DNA of 64,000 bases, from contig NW_027590123.1 in NCBI RefSeq assembly GCF_964213995.1, positions 1,240,001 through 1,304,000 of the forward strand, given 5' to 3'. This document shows positions 49,716 through 63,520 of the stretch, piece after piece (the first letter of the stretch is position 1; every line of letters starts with the position of its first letter). The notes beneath the pieces were generated by a model. The model did not search any database. It saw nothing but the letters and a program-made list of their open reading frames with translations, and was not told the origin of the DNA. Source of the stretch: Mustelus asterias (lineage: Eukaryota). The position numbers and the translations under genes were made by a program.

Positions 49716-51619
49716 TTTCTAACTCAACTGGTCTGGTCTGCCAGCATCTGTTGAGAAAGAATAGAGGAAACGTTTTGACTCTGGGTTATCCTTCTTCTAG
49801 GCTGTTCCCATGACAACAACATCAATTCGGACCTTCATTGTGTTGCTACCTCTCAAAGATAAGTTGCTAAATTCATAATTTGATTTGTGAATTATTGAAG
49901 TCTGGATCAAACTTCAGGCCTATTCGCTTCTCACCATTCGCACTGCATGTGAAAATCGCCTGCAGTTTTCTGACTCACCTTGATTACCCGATTCGTATTA
50001 TTTTAAATGTCCAGTTGAGAAAGAACGAATTTAATTTATATTTCTAATTATCTGTTGTTCCTCTGCCATGCCAGCAATAATTTAATTAGCTCAGAAATAT
50101 ATTTTTAACAATATATGGTTCGACTATCTGCAAATTCCACACTTATTTGGGAGCAGAGAGGAATGTGATTACTCAGGTCGAGGGCATAAGTGAGTAACGG
50201 GAGGACTGTGTTAATGCAGCAACTCACCAGGCGATGGTTTTGGCTTGTCTTGTCCACCGTCTGTGGAGCAATAAAGGGACTGAAAGAGCTTAAGCGAACA
50301 ATGTAACATGTCAGGACAATGAAAAGCGAATATGGAGATGTGATCGATTGTATTATTCTGATCTCTCATTTATGGCTGTTGAGATGTATTGTGATTCCAC
50401 ATTAACTGTGGATTAGAAGTAGTGATCAAAGTTTGAACTGTTACTAGGCCCGTAAACAATCCACTGTGTTCATACGAGATAATCGGTCTGATTTACCCAT
50501 GAGTTCACAGGGCATCCGAAATTCAATAGATATCCTACTGCTGATTGGATTGTGCATTTCGATGTCCCGTTATGATTATGACGTTCCAACAAGTGATGTC
50601 TGTAAACTCTGAGAATCAAAGTAATGTTCTTATCAAATGTACCATCTCAGTGCTAAACAATGAATCAAAATATAATTCAAGCTATGTCCTCTCAGGGTGA
50701 ATTTATTGTGGAAATTTCTGTTCGCGCTGTTTCAAAGGAGACAGATTTGAAACGGTATTATAAGTCTGTGAAATATGACACTGTTTTATTTAATGATCGT
50801 TCGTAACGCCATTTCTGTGTCGCTCGTTAATGCAAAAGTTCTATTTTTGCATTATCTTCTAACGGCTGTATAATATTTGAGATGTAATATCGGCTTCTCT
50901 CAATGTCCCACGGATACAATTTTCCATTTATCCTTAATACATGTTGATGGTTGACTTTATGTCAGGTTTCATCACTTTCATTTCACAGCAACTTAACAGG
51001 TAGCCTGAAGGAGCGACTTGATCTGCTGTGCAGGTCGACAGCTCTCAAACTGGCCAATTGTCAGGGTCAGCAACTTTCCCTGTTCCCAATTCGTTCAAAT
51101 TCGTCTAAGCATCATGCGAAGGGAAATGGGTTAGCTGTACAACGTTCGCTGTGATGGCTCAGGTCTCAGGAGGAATAGTTTATTTAAGTTTTAAGTTTAT
51201 TTATTAGTGTCACAAGTAGACTTATATTAACATTACAATGAAGTTACTGTGAAAGTCCCCTAGTCACCACATTCCGGCGCCTGTTTGTGTACACTGAGGG
51301 AGAAGTTAGCATGGCCAATGCACCGAATCAACATGTCTTTCGGATTGTGGGAGGAAACACTGAAATGTGAGCGTATTGGTGCGTGGCAGTGAGGCTGTAT
51401 GAAATCTGATGCTGGAAGTGAAACCACTTCCCACCACAAAAATACACACAACAACTCTCTCTCATACACAACCCCACTCTATTCCTCTAACATGATACGT
51501 ATATATATCTCCCACGCAATTACTCTCTGTCACAAACAATCTCTCGCACACGCACAATTCTTAAAAACAATCTGTCACATACTCTCGCGTTCACGCACAA
51601 CGTCTCCCACACATGCACA

Positions 51620-53665
51620 ATCAGTCTTTAGATTGGGGGAGTCTATTGGCAGGCAAATTGACGTCTGGTAAGTGGAAGTCTTTAAACAGTGTGTGAACAA
51701 GTGTTCAGGGTAAACACATTCCTTTTAGGGTGAAGAGCAAGGCTGGTAGAAATAGGGAACCCTGGATGACTTGGGATATTGAGGCCCTGGTCAAGAAGCA
51801 AAAAGCATAGGCAACTGGGATCAACTGGATCCCTTGAATTGTATAGAGGGTGTTGGGGTAAACTTAAGAGAGAAATCAGGAGAACAAAAAAGGGACACGA
51901 GATTGCTTTGGCAGATAACGTCAAGGGGAATCCATGGAGCTTCTACAAACACACAAAGTGCAAAAGAGTGACTGAGGAGTTAATAGGGCCTCTTAAGAAT
52001 AAACAAGATCATCTATGTGCGGATCCACAAGAGATGGGTGAGATCCTAAATGAATATTTCTCATCAGTATTTGCTGCTGAGAAAGGCATGGATGTTAGGA
52101 AACTTGGGGAAATAAATAGGATGTCTTGCGGAGTGCAGATATTATAGAGAAGGAGGCAGTGTAGTCGATGACGTCGATATGGATTTTAACACGGCAATTG
52201 GCAGGGTACCGCATGGAAGGTTGTTGCATAAAATTTAATCTCAATGGATGCACGGTGAGGTAGCCAATTGGATACAAAACGAACTCGATGACAGAAGGCA
52301 GTGGGTGATTGTACAAGATTGCTTTTCAAACTGGACGCCTGTGACCAGCGCTGTGCCTCCTGGATCTGTGCTGGGTCCACTGGCATATGTCATTTAAATT
52401 AATGATTTGGATGAGAATTTAGAAGGCATGGTTAGTACGTTTGCAGAAGGCAGTAAAATTGGTAGCACAGTTGACAATGTAAAGGTTATTTAGGATTGCC
52501 ACGTGCTCTTGAATAGCTGGGCCAATGGGATGATGAATGGCAGATTGAGTTTAATTTAGATAAATATGAGGTGATGCATTTTCGCAGATCGAACCTGAGC
52601 AACATGTACCCAGAAAATTGAAGGGCGTTGAGAGAGTTATAGAACAAATATATCTCATGCCATATATCTCCTTGAAAGTGGAGTCACAGGTGGACAGAGT
52701 GATGAAGAAGGCACTCGGCATTCTTGGTTTCGTTGGTCAGAAAATTGAATGCAGAAGTTGGGACGTCTCATTGAAGTTGCACGAAACATTGGTAACGCCG
52801 CACATGTAATATGATGTCCAATTATAGTCACCCTATTATACAAAAAATACTATTAAGTTGGAAAGAATGCGAAGCAAATATAGTCTGTTGCTACCGGGAA
52901 TTGATGGTTTGAGTTATTAACAGAGGGTGGATAGACTTTCCTTCCCTGGAGCAGTGGAGTCTTATATCAAAGCATCCCTACAGTGCAGGAGGAGGCCATT
53001 TTGCCCATCGAGTCTGTACCCAACACAGTCCTACCCAGCCCCTATCCCTGTGACCCCAAGCATTGACAATGCCAGTCCCCCTGACGCTACGTGGCAGTTT
53101 ACTATGTCCAATCAACCTAACCTGCACATCTTTGAACTGTGTGAGGAAACCTGAGCACCCAGGGGAAACACACACAGGCACAGGGAGAATGTGCAAATTC
53201 CACACAGACACAAGCTGGGAATCCAACCCAGGTCCATGGCGCTATGAGGCAGCAATGCCAACCACTGTGCCACTGTGCCGCCCAGGGGTGTTCTAATAGA
53301 AGTCTCTAAAATAATGAGGGACATAGATGGTGTCGATAGTGAACATCTTTTCCCAAATGTAGGGGAGTCTGAAAGGAGAGGGCATAAGATTACGATGAGA
53401 GGGGAGAGATACAAAAGGGTCCAGAGGGTCGATTTTTCTCATAGAGGGCGGTGAGTGTCTGGAACGAACTGCCAGAGGTAGTTGTAGAGGCGGGTACAAT
53501 TTTGTTTTTGAAAAACCATTTAGAAAGTTAGCTGGGTCAGAATGGTGTCCAGGTATATGGGCCAAATGCAGGCAGTTGGTACCAGGTTAATGGTTAAAAA
53601 CTGGGCAGCGTGGACAAATTCGGCCAAATGGCCGTGCTGCAAAACACTTTGACTCTATTACTCTA
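51620..53665 (+). mobile_element. Degenerate CR1 LINE with nested minus-strand SINE (~52970-53283)
   Basis: GHEIALADNVKGNP..EILNEYFSSVF; KVESQVDRV. Confidence 0.88.
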
Positions 53666-53689
53666 TGACATACACACAGGTGCACACGG

Positions 53690-53700
53690 ACGCACGCGCG

Positions 53701-53739
<39 letters not shown>

Positions 53740-53745
53740 ACACAT
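53690..53745. repeat. (CG)n(CA)n microsatellite
   Basis: Direct inspection. Confidence 0.9.
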
Positions 53746-54351
53746 GGACAAACTCGCAAGAATAGTCAGGCTCTATTGCAGCTCCGTCACGTAATCCACC
53801 CACTATGAAAGCACCGTTAGCTGCTCCAGTAACGTCCGACCTCCGCCCTCCGCACCTGCTCCGAAGAACCCCCCATTCTTCTCCAGACACCAAGCAGCCA
53901 GCTACTCCCCCCACCCCCCATCCCCGACTGTCACTTTGACACTTCCCGTCGAAGTGACAAAGCCCAGCTTCGCGATTCACAAGCAAGTCCAAAGCAACTG
54001 ATCCAAAATGAACAAATGGACAGTTTTTAGCACAGACACAGCAGTGCCTAGCACCAGAAACACGTTTGTGTAGCATTTCAGCCAAAAATATTATGTCTCC
54101 CAAAGGGAACTTCTGCACAAGGCAGCAAATAGATTACATCTGTTGGTCAATTGTATTTCTTGTTACATCAATGCGGTGTTTTATTCCTTTAACCTCTGTC
54201 TCCAGCTGAAAGAGAGGTTACAGGTGAAGTCATTCTGTTCTGAGGCTGGACTCTGTAAGAAAAAGCAGCAAATGTTCCACAGGACCCTGATAGATCGCTG
54301 CCCCTGTTCTCAGTCTGAAATATGAGTTAATTGTGCCTCTCTTCCTTACAG

Positions 54352-55259
54352 TTAACTTACTGACGATTCTTATCCTATCACGAGGAAGGTGTGGGCTTTC
54401 CAAATGTGTCACACGTTACCTAACTTCCATGTCAGCGGCAGATCTACTGGTCGTTATAATGGATCTCATATTGAGACACATTCCTATCCGTTTTCTTCAT
54501 CAATTTCTGTTCATGGCTCACATTAGAGTGTGTAATATCCATGCTGTCCTACTTTACGCAATCACTGATTGTTCTGTCTGGTTCACTGTCGCTTTCACCT
54601 TTGATCGTTTCGTGGCCATTGCTTGTCAGAAACTGAAAATAAAACACTGCACCGAGAAAACGGCAGCTGTGGTTCTCGGAACAGTGAGTGTGGTGTTCAG
54701 TGTAAAGAACACTTTCTGGTACTTCATGTGTGGGGATACATATTATTTCGCAAATAATCCTTGGTTTTGTTTTGTACATTCTGATGTTGCAGAATCAGGT
54801 GTGTGGGCAGCAGTTGAAACTGTACACTATATTTTAACTCCATTTGTTCCATTCTTGTTGATTCTGCTGCTCAATGTTATAACCGTTAAACACATTTTAG
54901 TGTCGAGCAAAGTCCGCAGGAGACTTCGGAGCCACAAGAGTGGGGGAAGTCAAAGTGACCCAGAGATAGAAAAGAGAAGGAAATCCATTATCTTACTGTT
55001 TGCAATATCGGGAAATTTCATCTTGTTATGGTCAGTGTTCCTCATCTATTCATTTTGTAGCCGATTGGAGCGTATCAGATTAATTAGTACAATTTTGCCC
55101 GAATTTGTGCAGGAACTGGGATTTATGCTGCAACTCCTGAGTTGCTGCACCAACACATGCATTTATGCCGTGACCCAGGCACAATTCAGAGAGGATCTGA
55201 AGAATGTGGTGAAACTTCCATTTACTGGAATTGTGCAGTTCATTAAAACAGTGATCTGA
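54352..55259 (+). CDS. GPR139/GPR142-like class A GPCR exon 2 (spliced product 334 aa)
   Basis: ttccttacag acceptor; VNLLTILILSRG..AADLLVV..SVWFTVAFTFDRFVAI..SCCTNTCIY..FR; open to TGA. Confidence 0.93.
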
Positions 55260-55554
55260 TAGTCAGTCATTATAACTCACTTACCTGAATAAAACCATCT
55301 CGCAGTGGGGTCACTTTTCCATTCATCAACCAGACTTAGCGATGGAGACGGATTTAAAATTTGAAAAAGAATGTCCAAACATTTTAATCTGGATTTCAGT
55401 CAGGTAGACCCTCGCATTCAGCACGGACTGGACACATTGATTTCTAGAATCGATTCCCCTCTTCGTTTGGGAGGGGGACACTGGATGCAGCATTTTACAT
55501 CAGCTCCAACCTACCTCCATGCTCCAAAAGAAAGAGAACTCTGTTTTGGCCTCA

Positions 55555-56945
55555 GTCCCATCAACGCGTCATCATCCAGCCCAACTCCTCCCCCAAACAA
55601 CTACCATCCAAACAATACCACACCCCCCAACATCCACACAAAATCCTCGCTATTCACCATGCACCCCAACGCATCCCCTAGCCTCCTCCAATCCAACCCA
55701 ACCTTGCACCTCCTACCATCCACTCGAGCTCCCCACCCTTCACCATCCACCCCAACTCCTGCCAAAAACTCCTACCATCCAACCCATCCAGACACCATCC
55801 ACCATTCATGCCATATCCACGCCCTCCTCCATCGAACCCAACTCTCCACCCTTCACCACCCAGCCCAACTCATCCCCCAAACGCCCACCATCCAATGCAA
55901 CCCCACGGCCTCCTACCATTCACTCCAACTCCCCACCCTTCTCTATCACCCCGAACTCCTCCACTCAACAGCCATCATCCAACCCAATCGCACAAATCCA
56001 ACCTTGCACTCCAACTCCACACCCTCCACACTACCCAGTCCACCTCTCTACCCTGCACTTTCCACCTCAACTCCTCCACTCAAAAGCCACAATCCAACCC
56101 AACACACACCTCACGCCATCTACTCCAACTCGACACTCTCCACCATCCACACCAACTCTTACACCAAACTCCCACCATCAAACACAACCCCACACCTTCC
56201 ACCATCCACTCCAAATCCTCACCATTCACCATCCACCCCAACTGCTCCACCAAGCCCCCATCATCCAACCTAACCCCACACCTTTAACCATCGCCTCCAT
56301 CTCCACATCCTTCACCATCCACCCGAACCCGTCACCAAACTAGTACCATCCAACCCAACCACACACCATCCACTCCAACTCCCCACAATTCACCATCCAC
56401 CCCAATTCATCCCCCAAACTCCCAACATCCAACCGGACCCCACACCTCCCAACATCCACTCCACATTCCCACACTTCACCATTCATCCTAACTGCTCCCG
56501 CAAACCCCCACCATCCAACCCAACCCCACAACTCCCATCATTCACTCGAACACCCCATCCATCACGATCCACCCCAACTCCTCCATGAAACTCCCACCAT
56601 CCACGACAACCCCGCAAGTCCCACCATGCATTCCATCTTCCCACCCTTCACTATCCACCTTAACACCTCCCGGAATCACCCACCATTCAAACCCAAATCA
56701 CACCTCCACCATCCGCTCCAAATCCCCAACATTCACCATCCTCTCCAACTCCTCCCACAAACCCCCACCATCCCACTCAACACCGCCCCTCCCACCATCC
56801 ACTGCATCTCCCCACCATTCAGGCAACTCCTTCCCCAAACTCCCACCATTCTAATCAACAACAAACCTCCACCATCCACTCCAACATCCCACTCTTTACC
56901 ATCCACCCAACCCGAACCCTCCACCGCCGCCCCATCCCAACACAG
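55555..56945. repeat. C-rich ~21-bp degenerate minisatellite (ctcccaccatccactccaa)
   Basis: Dozens of caccatcca cores; almost no G on the + strand. Confidence 0.9.
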
Positions 56946-57204
56946 ACTCCTGATGACTTTACACTTGGAAAATTTAAGTTGATTATTTCTGCCTCTAATA
57001 TTATACCGATAAGGTTTTCCAATTGAACGTTTGTGTCCGATTATAATTCAGCAAATACGATTTGAAGGCAGGGTTTTCAGAATGGAAATATTGTTCTCTT
57101 CTTTTCGACAATTCGAGCATTGGCAATGCAGTTGGTACAATTTGCTAACAATGCAAAGAAGTGGCCAGTAAATCATTCGAAAACTCCCATGGAATTTCTA
57201 GCAT

Positions 57205-57935
57205 TATACAGTAAATGGCAGAACCCTTTCGTGTATTGGTAGGCAATGGGATGTGGGTGCGCAGGTCACTGAAAGTGGCAACGCAGGTGGAGAAGGTAGT
57301 CAAGAAGGCATATGGCATGCTTGCCTTCATCGGCCGTGGCATTGAGTTTAACAATTGGCAAGTAATGTTGCAGCTTTATATAACCTTAGTTAGGCCGCAG
57401 TTGGAACATAGTGTTCAATTCTGGTCGCCAGTCTGCCAGAAGAATATGGAGTCTTTGGAGAGGGTAAAGAAAAGATTTACCAGGATGTTGCCTGGTATGG
57501 GGGGCATTAGCTTTGAAGAGAGTTGGGAGAAACTTGGTTTGTTCCCACTGGAGCGACGGAGGTTGAGGTCTACAAGACGATGAAAGGCATGGACAGAGTG
57601 GATAGTCAGAAGCATTTTTTCCCAGTGTGGGAGAGTCGATTACTAGGGGGCATAGGTTTAAGGTGCGAGGGGCAAGATTTAAAGAAGATGTACGAGGCAG
57701 ATTTTTCCACACAGAGGGTGGTGAGTGCCTGGAACTCGCTGCCGGGGAGGTAGTGGAAGTGGATACAGTAGTGGCTTTTAAGGGGAGTCTTGACAAATAC
57801 ATAAATAGAATGGGAAGAGAGGGATATGGTCCCCGGGAAGGTGAGGGGCTTTAGTTAAGTTAGGTAGCATGGTCGGTGCAGGCTTGGAGGGCCTGTTCCT
57901 GTGCTGTAATTTTCTTTGTTCTTTTCTTTGTTCTA
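57205..57935 (+). mobile_element. CR1 LINE 3' fragment
   Basis: SLKVATQVEKVVKKAYGMLAFIGRG; TTCTTTG tail. Confidence 0.93.
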
Positions 57936-59508
57936 TGTGTCAGAATGAGTTCGGGCACTAAATGTCCGAGGGTGGAAATTTCAAATAAGGAAACACATTT
58001 TTAACATACGCCGACCAGAATCGAGGCAGAACTGGACTGGATTTGAGATGGGACCTCGAACAAAAATGGCTCAAGTGTGGAAATCTGAGGGACAGTTTCA
58101 TATCTGTACAACTATGATTAACAATATTTACCAAAGTCTTGGTGATAAAAACAGTGAATTCATAAAAGCAACGAGAATGGAATGTAATGAAATCATTACT
58201 TGCAAACATTCAATTCCATCAGTAGGAATGCAACTATCAATGAAAGTGATGAATTCACAACCCTCGGACAATATTTCCCTTTAAATTCCACTTTCATAGA
58301 TATGGATGTCAGTGCTTTCATTTCCCCCCCAAAATCTCCTCAGATCTGTTTCACTGTCGTACTGTTGAAGTGATACAATATCCCCATCTGCTGGCGACCC
58401 ACAGCTACTGCATGCGTTTGACGTCGTGCGTCTCAGTAACTCAATGCCTGCGCTTGGGAACCGGTTGCTGAAGTGTGAGTACTGAACAATATTACCAGCA
58501 TTTTAAGCTTGCAACAGGAGTTCGGCTGGTGCATTCTCCCGTTTTATTAGCAAATACTTTACGGGAACTTTGTTCCTCATTCAGCCCGCGGGATACCACA
58601 TGGAGATTGAAATTGGGGTTCTATCAAACTGTAATTTGTACATCTGGTGCAGCTATCAGACACTAACCCCGTTTAGAATGGGAGTGTGTAAACTTTTTTG
58701 CACTCCGTAATTCCTCTGCCAGACATTAATCTTACATACTGGAACATGCTAAAAAAAAATTTAAATTGCCCAAAACAATTGACCAAATTTCACTCTGATT
58801 CTATGAATATTGAAAACACAAACCTTTTATGGCATAGAGTTTATTTTTTCTTAATCTTTGCCGTCTTTATTCACATTGTGTCCGTGCTTGACGAGAAAAG
58901 AAGAGAAAAGGTTACGGTGATGCAGCGTGAAGGGGGTTAGTCGCCACATTAATAGCCATCGACAGTAAAAGTGCTAAAAGACGTAGTTGAGCAAACAAGT
59001 CCTGCACACTGCTCGCTGCGGGACAGTACTCAAGGGCACAAAACTGGCTGCTAGTTCTCAGGCAGAAACATCATAGATGTCAAACCTCACGGATTGTAAA
59101 CCAATGTGAAGCTGCTTGGAGAACTAAATGATCTAAAGATAACATGGGGAGGGGACATGGTTTACGGCTTGAACACACAGTCTTTATATTTATAGAGACA
59201 GCCCTAACCTGAGAGTATTCAGTAACAGCAGGAATCATTGACATGGGCGAGATAAGCGATCGCCCACGCTTCCTCTTAAAAACGTGCGGTAACTATTGTC
59301 CTGAGTAGTACTGACACCGAGTTAGAACATGACAAAAAGCACATTTATTCTGGAATCACTCGTGATCATAGTCAAGGGTTTGTTTTCCATCTGTTTCATC
59401 TCCGATTTTCGAGCTCTGGTTAAAGATCATTTTGTTGGAAGATCAACTTTGTCTCTCACGTCACAGGCGCTGACAAAGCTCACTGTGATAGTGTGCAAAC
59501 CAGTATGA

Positions 59509-59581
59509 TAAAACTGCCCGAAAATCGATTACGGGTCGCAACGGCGAAAACACTTAATCATAACCACTCGACCACCAAGGT
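59509..59581 (-). pseudogene. tRNA-Glu pseudogene
   Basis: rc CCTTGGTGGTCGAGTGGTTATGATT..TTTCG..ATCGATT. Confidence 0.55.
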
Positions 59582-60527
59582 AGCTGACATTCGCTGTTGC
59601 AATTAGCTGACTATCATGAGTTTACACACTGCCTCACTTCAGCTCACAAACACAATAGACCAGTTTTTCATGATAAGTTTCATTGTTAGATACATCCAGA
59701 CGCGAAACGGTAGTTCCCTTCTCGCTCCACCGCTGCTGTCAGACCTGCAGCCTTTATCCAGCAGTTTCCTTTTTTGGTTCAGATTTCAGCACTCAGAGTA
59801 AATGTGTTTTTATCTACATACTGGAGGCTGTTTGTTTCCTGGATGAAGCGCCTGGAACTCGTTCGCATTCTCCGGATAATGTCAGCCATTTAGGACTGAG
59901 GTGAGGAGACATTTCTTCACTGAAAGGCTTGTGAATCCGTGTAACTCCATAAACCAGATGTCTGTGGATTCTCAGTCGAGGGAGATATCTGACGGATGAG
60001 GTGGAGAGATCGCGACACTTAAAGGAATGAAGGGCTATTGGGTCGGGTTGGAAATCGGTACTTAGTCTGTGGACCCACCTTGAACTTATTCAGTGGTAGA
60101 GGAGGCTCAATGGGACATGTGATCCAATCCCACTCCATTGATTCTATTGAATGGCAATCCAGATCTGTCAACAAATGATTATGTCAGTAAGGTTGATCAC
60201 TGGCCTAAGGCACTGCAATCAAGCTGGCAGCTTTTTGGAGGACGTGGGTTCCTTTGTTAAAACCTTTGATTTCATTTAAACTTCATGAAATACTTTCGAT
60301 CGAACACTTTTTTTGGGCTCAGACTTAATGCAATAGAATGTATGGTTGCCCAATTTGACAGGAGGGACCAGCAGAGGCAATGTAACTATAAATTGATGCG
60401 GGAAATTGACGTGGTTGTGCTAAGGGACGGATATTTTCTCCATGTTTTTGAAAATCCCCCGTGTCCCTTCAGGAAGTTATTTCAGCTCCTCTTAATTCAT
60501 GCCCCGTGCCGAAGAAATGAATTTTTA

Positions 60528-60598
60528 TTCCCTGACTGAAAAAGAACCCGGGCTGCGGCGGTAAAAGCGCTGAAACATAACCACTGGACTACCAAGGA
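60528..60598 (-). pseudogene. tRNA-Glu pseudogene
   Basis: rc TCCTTGGTAGTCCAGTGGTTA..CCGCCGCAGCCCGGGTTC..TCAGGGAA; flanks paralogous to 27546. Confidence 0.75.
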
Positions 60599-61036
60599 AG
60601 ATACTTGCAAGGATTTCAACCTCACCTATCAACGTCAGCATGTTTAAAGTACCTAAGACATGTTTGTCGGACAAAATGCCATGTTGAGCTGGAACACCGA
60701 CCCTCCTTCAGCTAAGGAGAGCACTGATTGGTCTCAGCTGCAACATGAAATCGACACTGAGGTGAAATAATTATGGCAGGTTGACGAGGGATCGATTCCC
60801 TGTCAGGTAATGATCGTTTTTTGCTCTCGTGCAGCGCTGGGCTTCAGGGAAGCTGAAATTACTTCCTCAACGGTCCTGGTCCTTGTGCCAGTTTAAACAG
60901 CAGGGAGAATAACCAGACCCATTCTACACTCCCCTCAATTACCCACAGCAATTCACATTTGCATTGCCCGGCTGGTTTCTCCTGTCAAAATGAGTAAGCT
61001 ACCTTCTCCTGCATTAAATTTCATTGTAACTCACTA

Positions 61037-61982
61037 CAAAGAACAAAGAAAAGTACAGCACAGGAAACAGGCCCTTCGGCCCTCCAAGCCTGTGCCGCTC
61101 CTTGGTCCAACTAGACCAATCGTTTGTATCCCTCCATTCCCAGGCTGCTCATGTGACTATCCAGGTAAGTCTTAAAGGATGTCAGCGTGCCTGCCTCCAC
61201 CACCCTACTTGGCAGCGCATTCCAGGCCCCCACCACCCTCTGTGTAAAAAACGTCCCTCTGATATCTGAGTTATACTTCGCCCCTCTCACCTTGAGCCCG
61301 TGACCCCTCGTGATCGTCACCTCCGACCTGGGAAAAAGCTTCCCACTGTTCACCCTATCTATACCCTTCATAATCTTGTACACCTCTATTAGATCTCCCC
61401 TCATTCTCCGTCTTTCCAAGGAGAACAACCCCAGTTTACCCAATCTCTCCTCATAGCTCAGACCCTCCATACCAGGCAACATCCCGGTAAACCTTCTCTG
61501 CACTCTCTCTAACGCCTCCACGTCCTTCTCGTAGTGCGGCGACCAGAACTGGACGCAGTACTCCAAATGTGGCCTAACCAGCGTTCTATACAGCTGCATC
61601 ATCAGACTCCAGCTTTTATACTCTATACCCCGTCCTATAAAGGCAAGCATACCATATGCCTTCTTCACCACCTTCTCCACCTGTGTTGCCACCTTCAAGG
61701 ATTTGTGGACTTGCACACCAAGGTCCCTCTGTGTTTCTATACTCCTGATGACTCTGCCATTTATTGTATAACTCCTCCCTACATTATTTCTTCCAAAATG
61801 CATCACTTCGCATTTATCCGGATTAAACTCCATCTGCCACCTCTCCGCCCAATTTTCCAGCCTATCTATATCCTGCTGTATTGCCCGACAATGCTCTTCG
61901 CTATCCGCAAGTCCAGCCATCTTTGTGTCATCCGCAAACTTGCTGATTACACCAGTTACACCTTCTTCCAAATCATTTATAC
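61037..61982 (-). mobile_element. CR1 LINE 3' fragment, open ORF
   Basis: KFADDTK..LYRTLVRPHLEYCVQFW..WNALP. Confidence 0.96.
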
Positions 61983-62667
61983 ATTCAAAGAACAATGTTA
62001 GCATCGACCTGTTATAAACCTTACTGCTGTAAATCTGTTGAACAACATCAGCTGATCACAGTTCGGCGTTCGTCACGCTGGAAGCTCGTGTGGAAATATA
62101 AATAATTTTAATGCTTCATAGCGTGCAAAGGACAGAAAGAAGCGTGTCACTGTGGGTAATTGACACTGTGCTCATTCCTGTCATGAATATCTGGGAGAAT
62201 CAGGAAGATGAGATTCTGATAGTCAAGTGGTTAGAATTCGGAGTTTTCAGGGTCACGGCTTCGATATACTAAGATTTGATCTTTTTGAGAATCCGTTTAA
62301 CAAACCTGATCGAAAACAGTTCTGTCACAATCAGTGGAATGAGCTTTCTCGATTTCTATCCGTATTGGAAACGTCGTATGGGCAATAGGCCAAGAACAAA
62401 CACAGATAGTGAAGTTGAGCAATAGGCTGCAAAGAGCTGATGGTAAAGATTGTGACACAAGATGAAATCTGTGTGGCAATGGGGTTGGTTTTATTAGTTC
62501 CACTGACACAAATATCTCCAAGATCTGGATCCAAATTTTGGTCAAATTAAAAGGAAATGTCTCGCTGAATTAAACACTAAACTCTTGTTTTATACAAAAC
62601 AGAATTACGTTAGATTATATCCAGCACTCGCTGACACTCTAATATAGTGTCGGCTCAGTTTATGCCA

Positions 62668-62741
62668 GTCTGTTAAGCGCAATTGGTCAGCGCATTCGAC
62701 TATTAACAGATAGGTTGGTGGTTCGACACCAATCCACTAAC
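62668..62741 (+). pseudogene. tRNA-Asn pseudogene
   Basis: GCGCAATTGGTCAGCGCATTCGACTATTAAC..GGTTGGTGGTTCGA; flanks like the 26637 copy. Confidence 0.75.
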
Positions 62742-63129
62742 AGTTTTCTATTTTTCCCCATCAGCACTCATTGTCACAGAGTGCCTGGGACCGTGGGCAA
62801 AACGAAAAGTATTTCTCAAGTGTTGTCGTCTCTACTGTTATCCGGTGTCACCAACATTATTTATGTAATAAATATTAATTACATACATAATACATGCATC
62901 AATATATTTATTTCAAATATGTTAAGAAAGTTAAGAATTAGAATCTAATAAGAGTCATGTCTGTAAGTGCTCTTGTGTCAGTTCGCCGAGGGGTGCTCAT
63001 CTTGAGACTGGTTTAGATTTCCCGACCAGTGCAAACAATGTCTCGGTATTCAGCAGGATTCAATGAGATATCCTCTCACTTTTTTTTAGCTTCAGGTAAT
63101 TTCAGCGCAGTTTACACAACCTCTCATCC

Positions 63130-63520
63130 CAGGAGAACTCTCTCATCCCAGAGGCTAATCTGGTGAACATTTAGTGCACTGTTTCCAGTGCAATGCTATT
63201 CTTTTGTAAATGTGGATATCAAAATTGCACACACTGTGCCACATGTGGCCCCAGTGAAACCCCATAAAACTGTAGCAAGTTTTTTTCTTATTCTTGTATT
63301 CCAATCTGTTTGCATGAAAGACCAAACTTCCATTTGCCTTCCTAATTATCGGCTGCACCTGCACTCTAATGTCCCGCGTTCCTTTTACAAAAGCACCCAA
63401 GTCATTTTGAACATCAACACTGATAAATCAGCTCACATTTTCAAACATGCTTTGCTCTTTCCTCGTTTACAAACAAGAAAACCTCTTGTCACTTTCCAAC
63501 ATTACACCCAATCTCCTCTA
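63130..63520 (-). mobile_element. Old CR1 fragment
   Basis: VQVQPIIRKANG..LEYKNK. Confidence 0.7.

Noticed and set aside
54333-54351. ORF-track start of the GPCR
   Set aside because: GTG in a polypyrimidine tract upstream of an AG acceptor; the N-terminus is better explained by exon 1 at 45077.
55371-56982. Long Pro/Thr/His-rich ORFs (300, 274, 159 aa) resembling mucin or extensin
   Set aside because: Open in several frames because the G-poor minisatellite rarely forms stop codons; no splice or domain evidence.
60528-60598. Anticodon-shifted tRNAs among the Glu, Gln and Val copies as recoding candidates
   Set aside because: The changes occur in copies with broken stems or B boxes and fit neutral decay.
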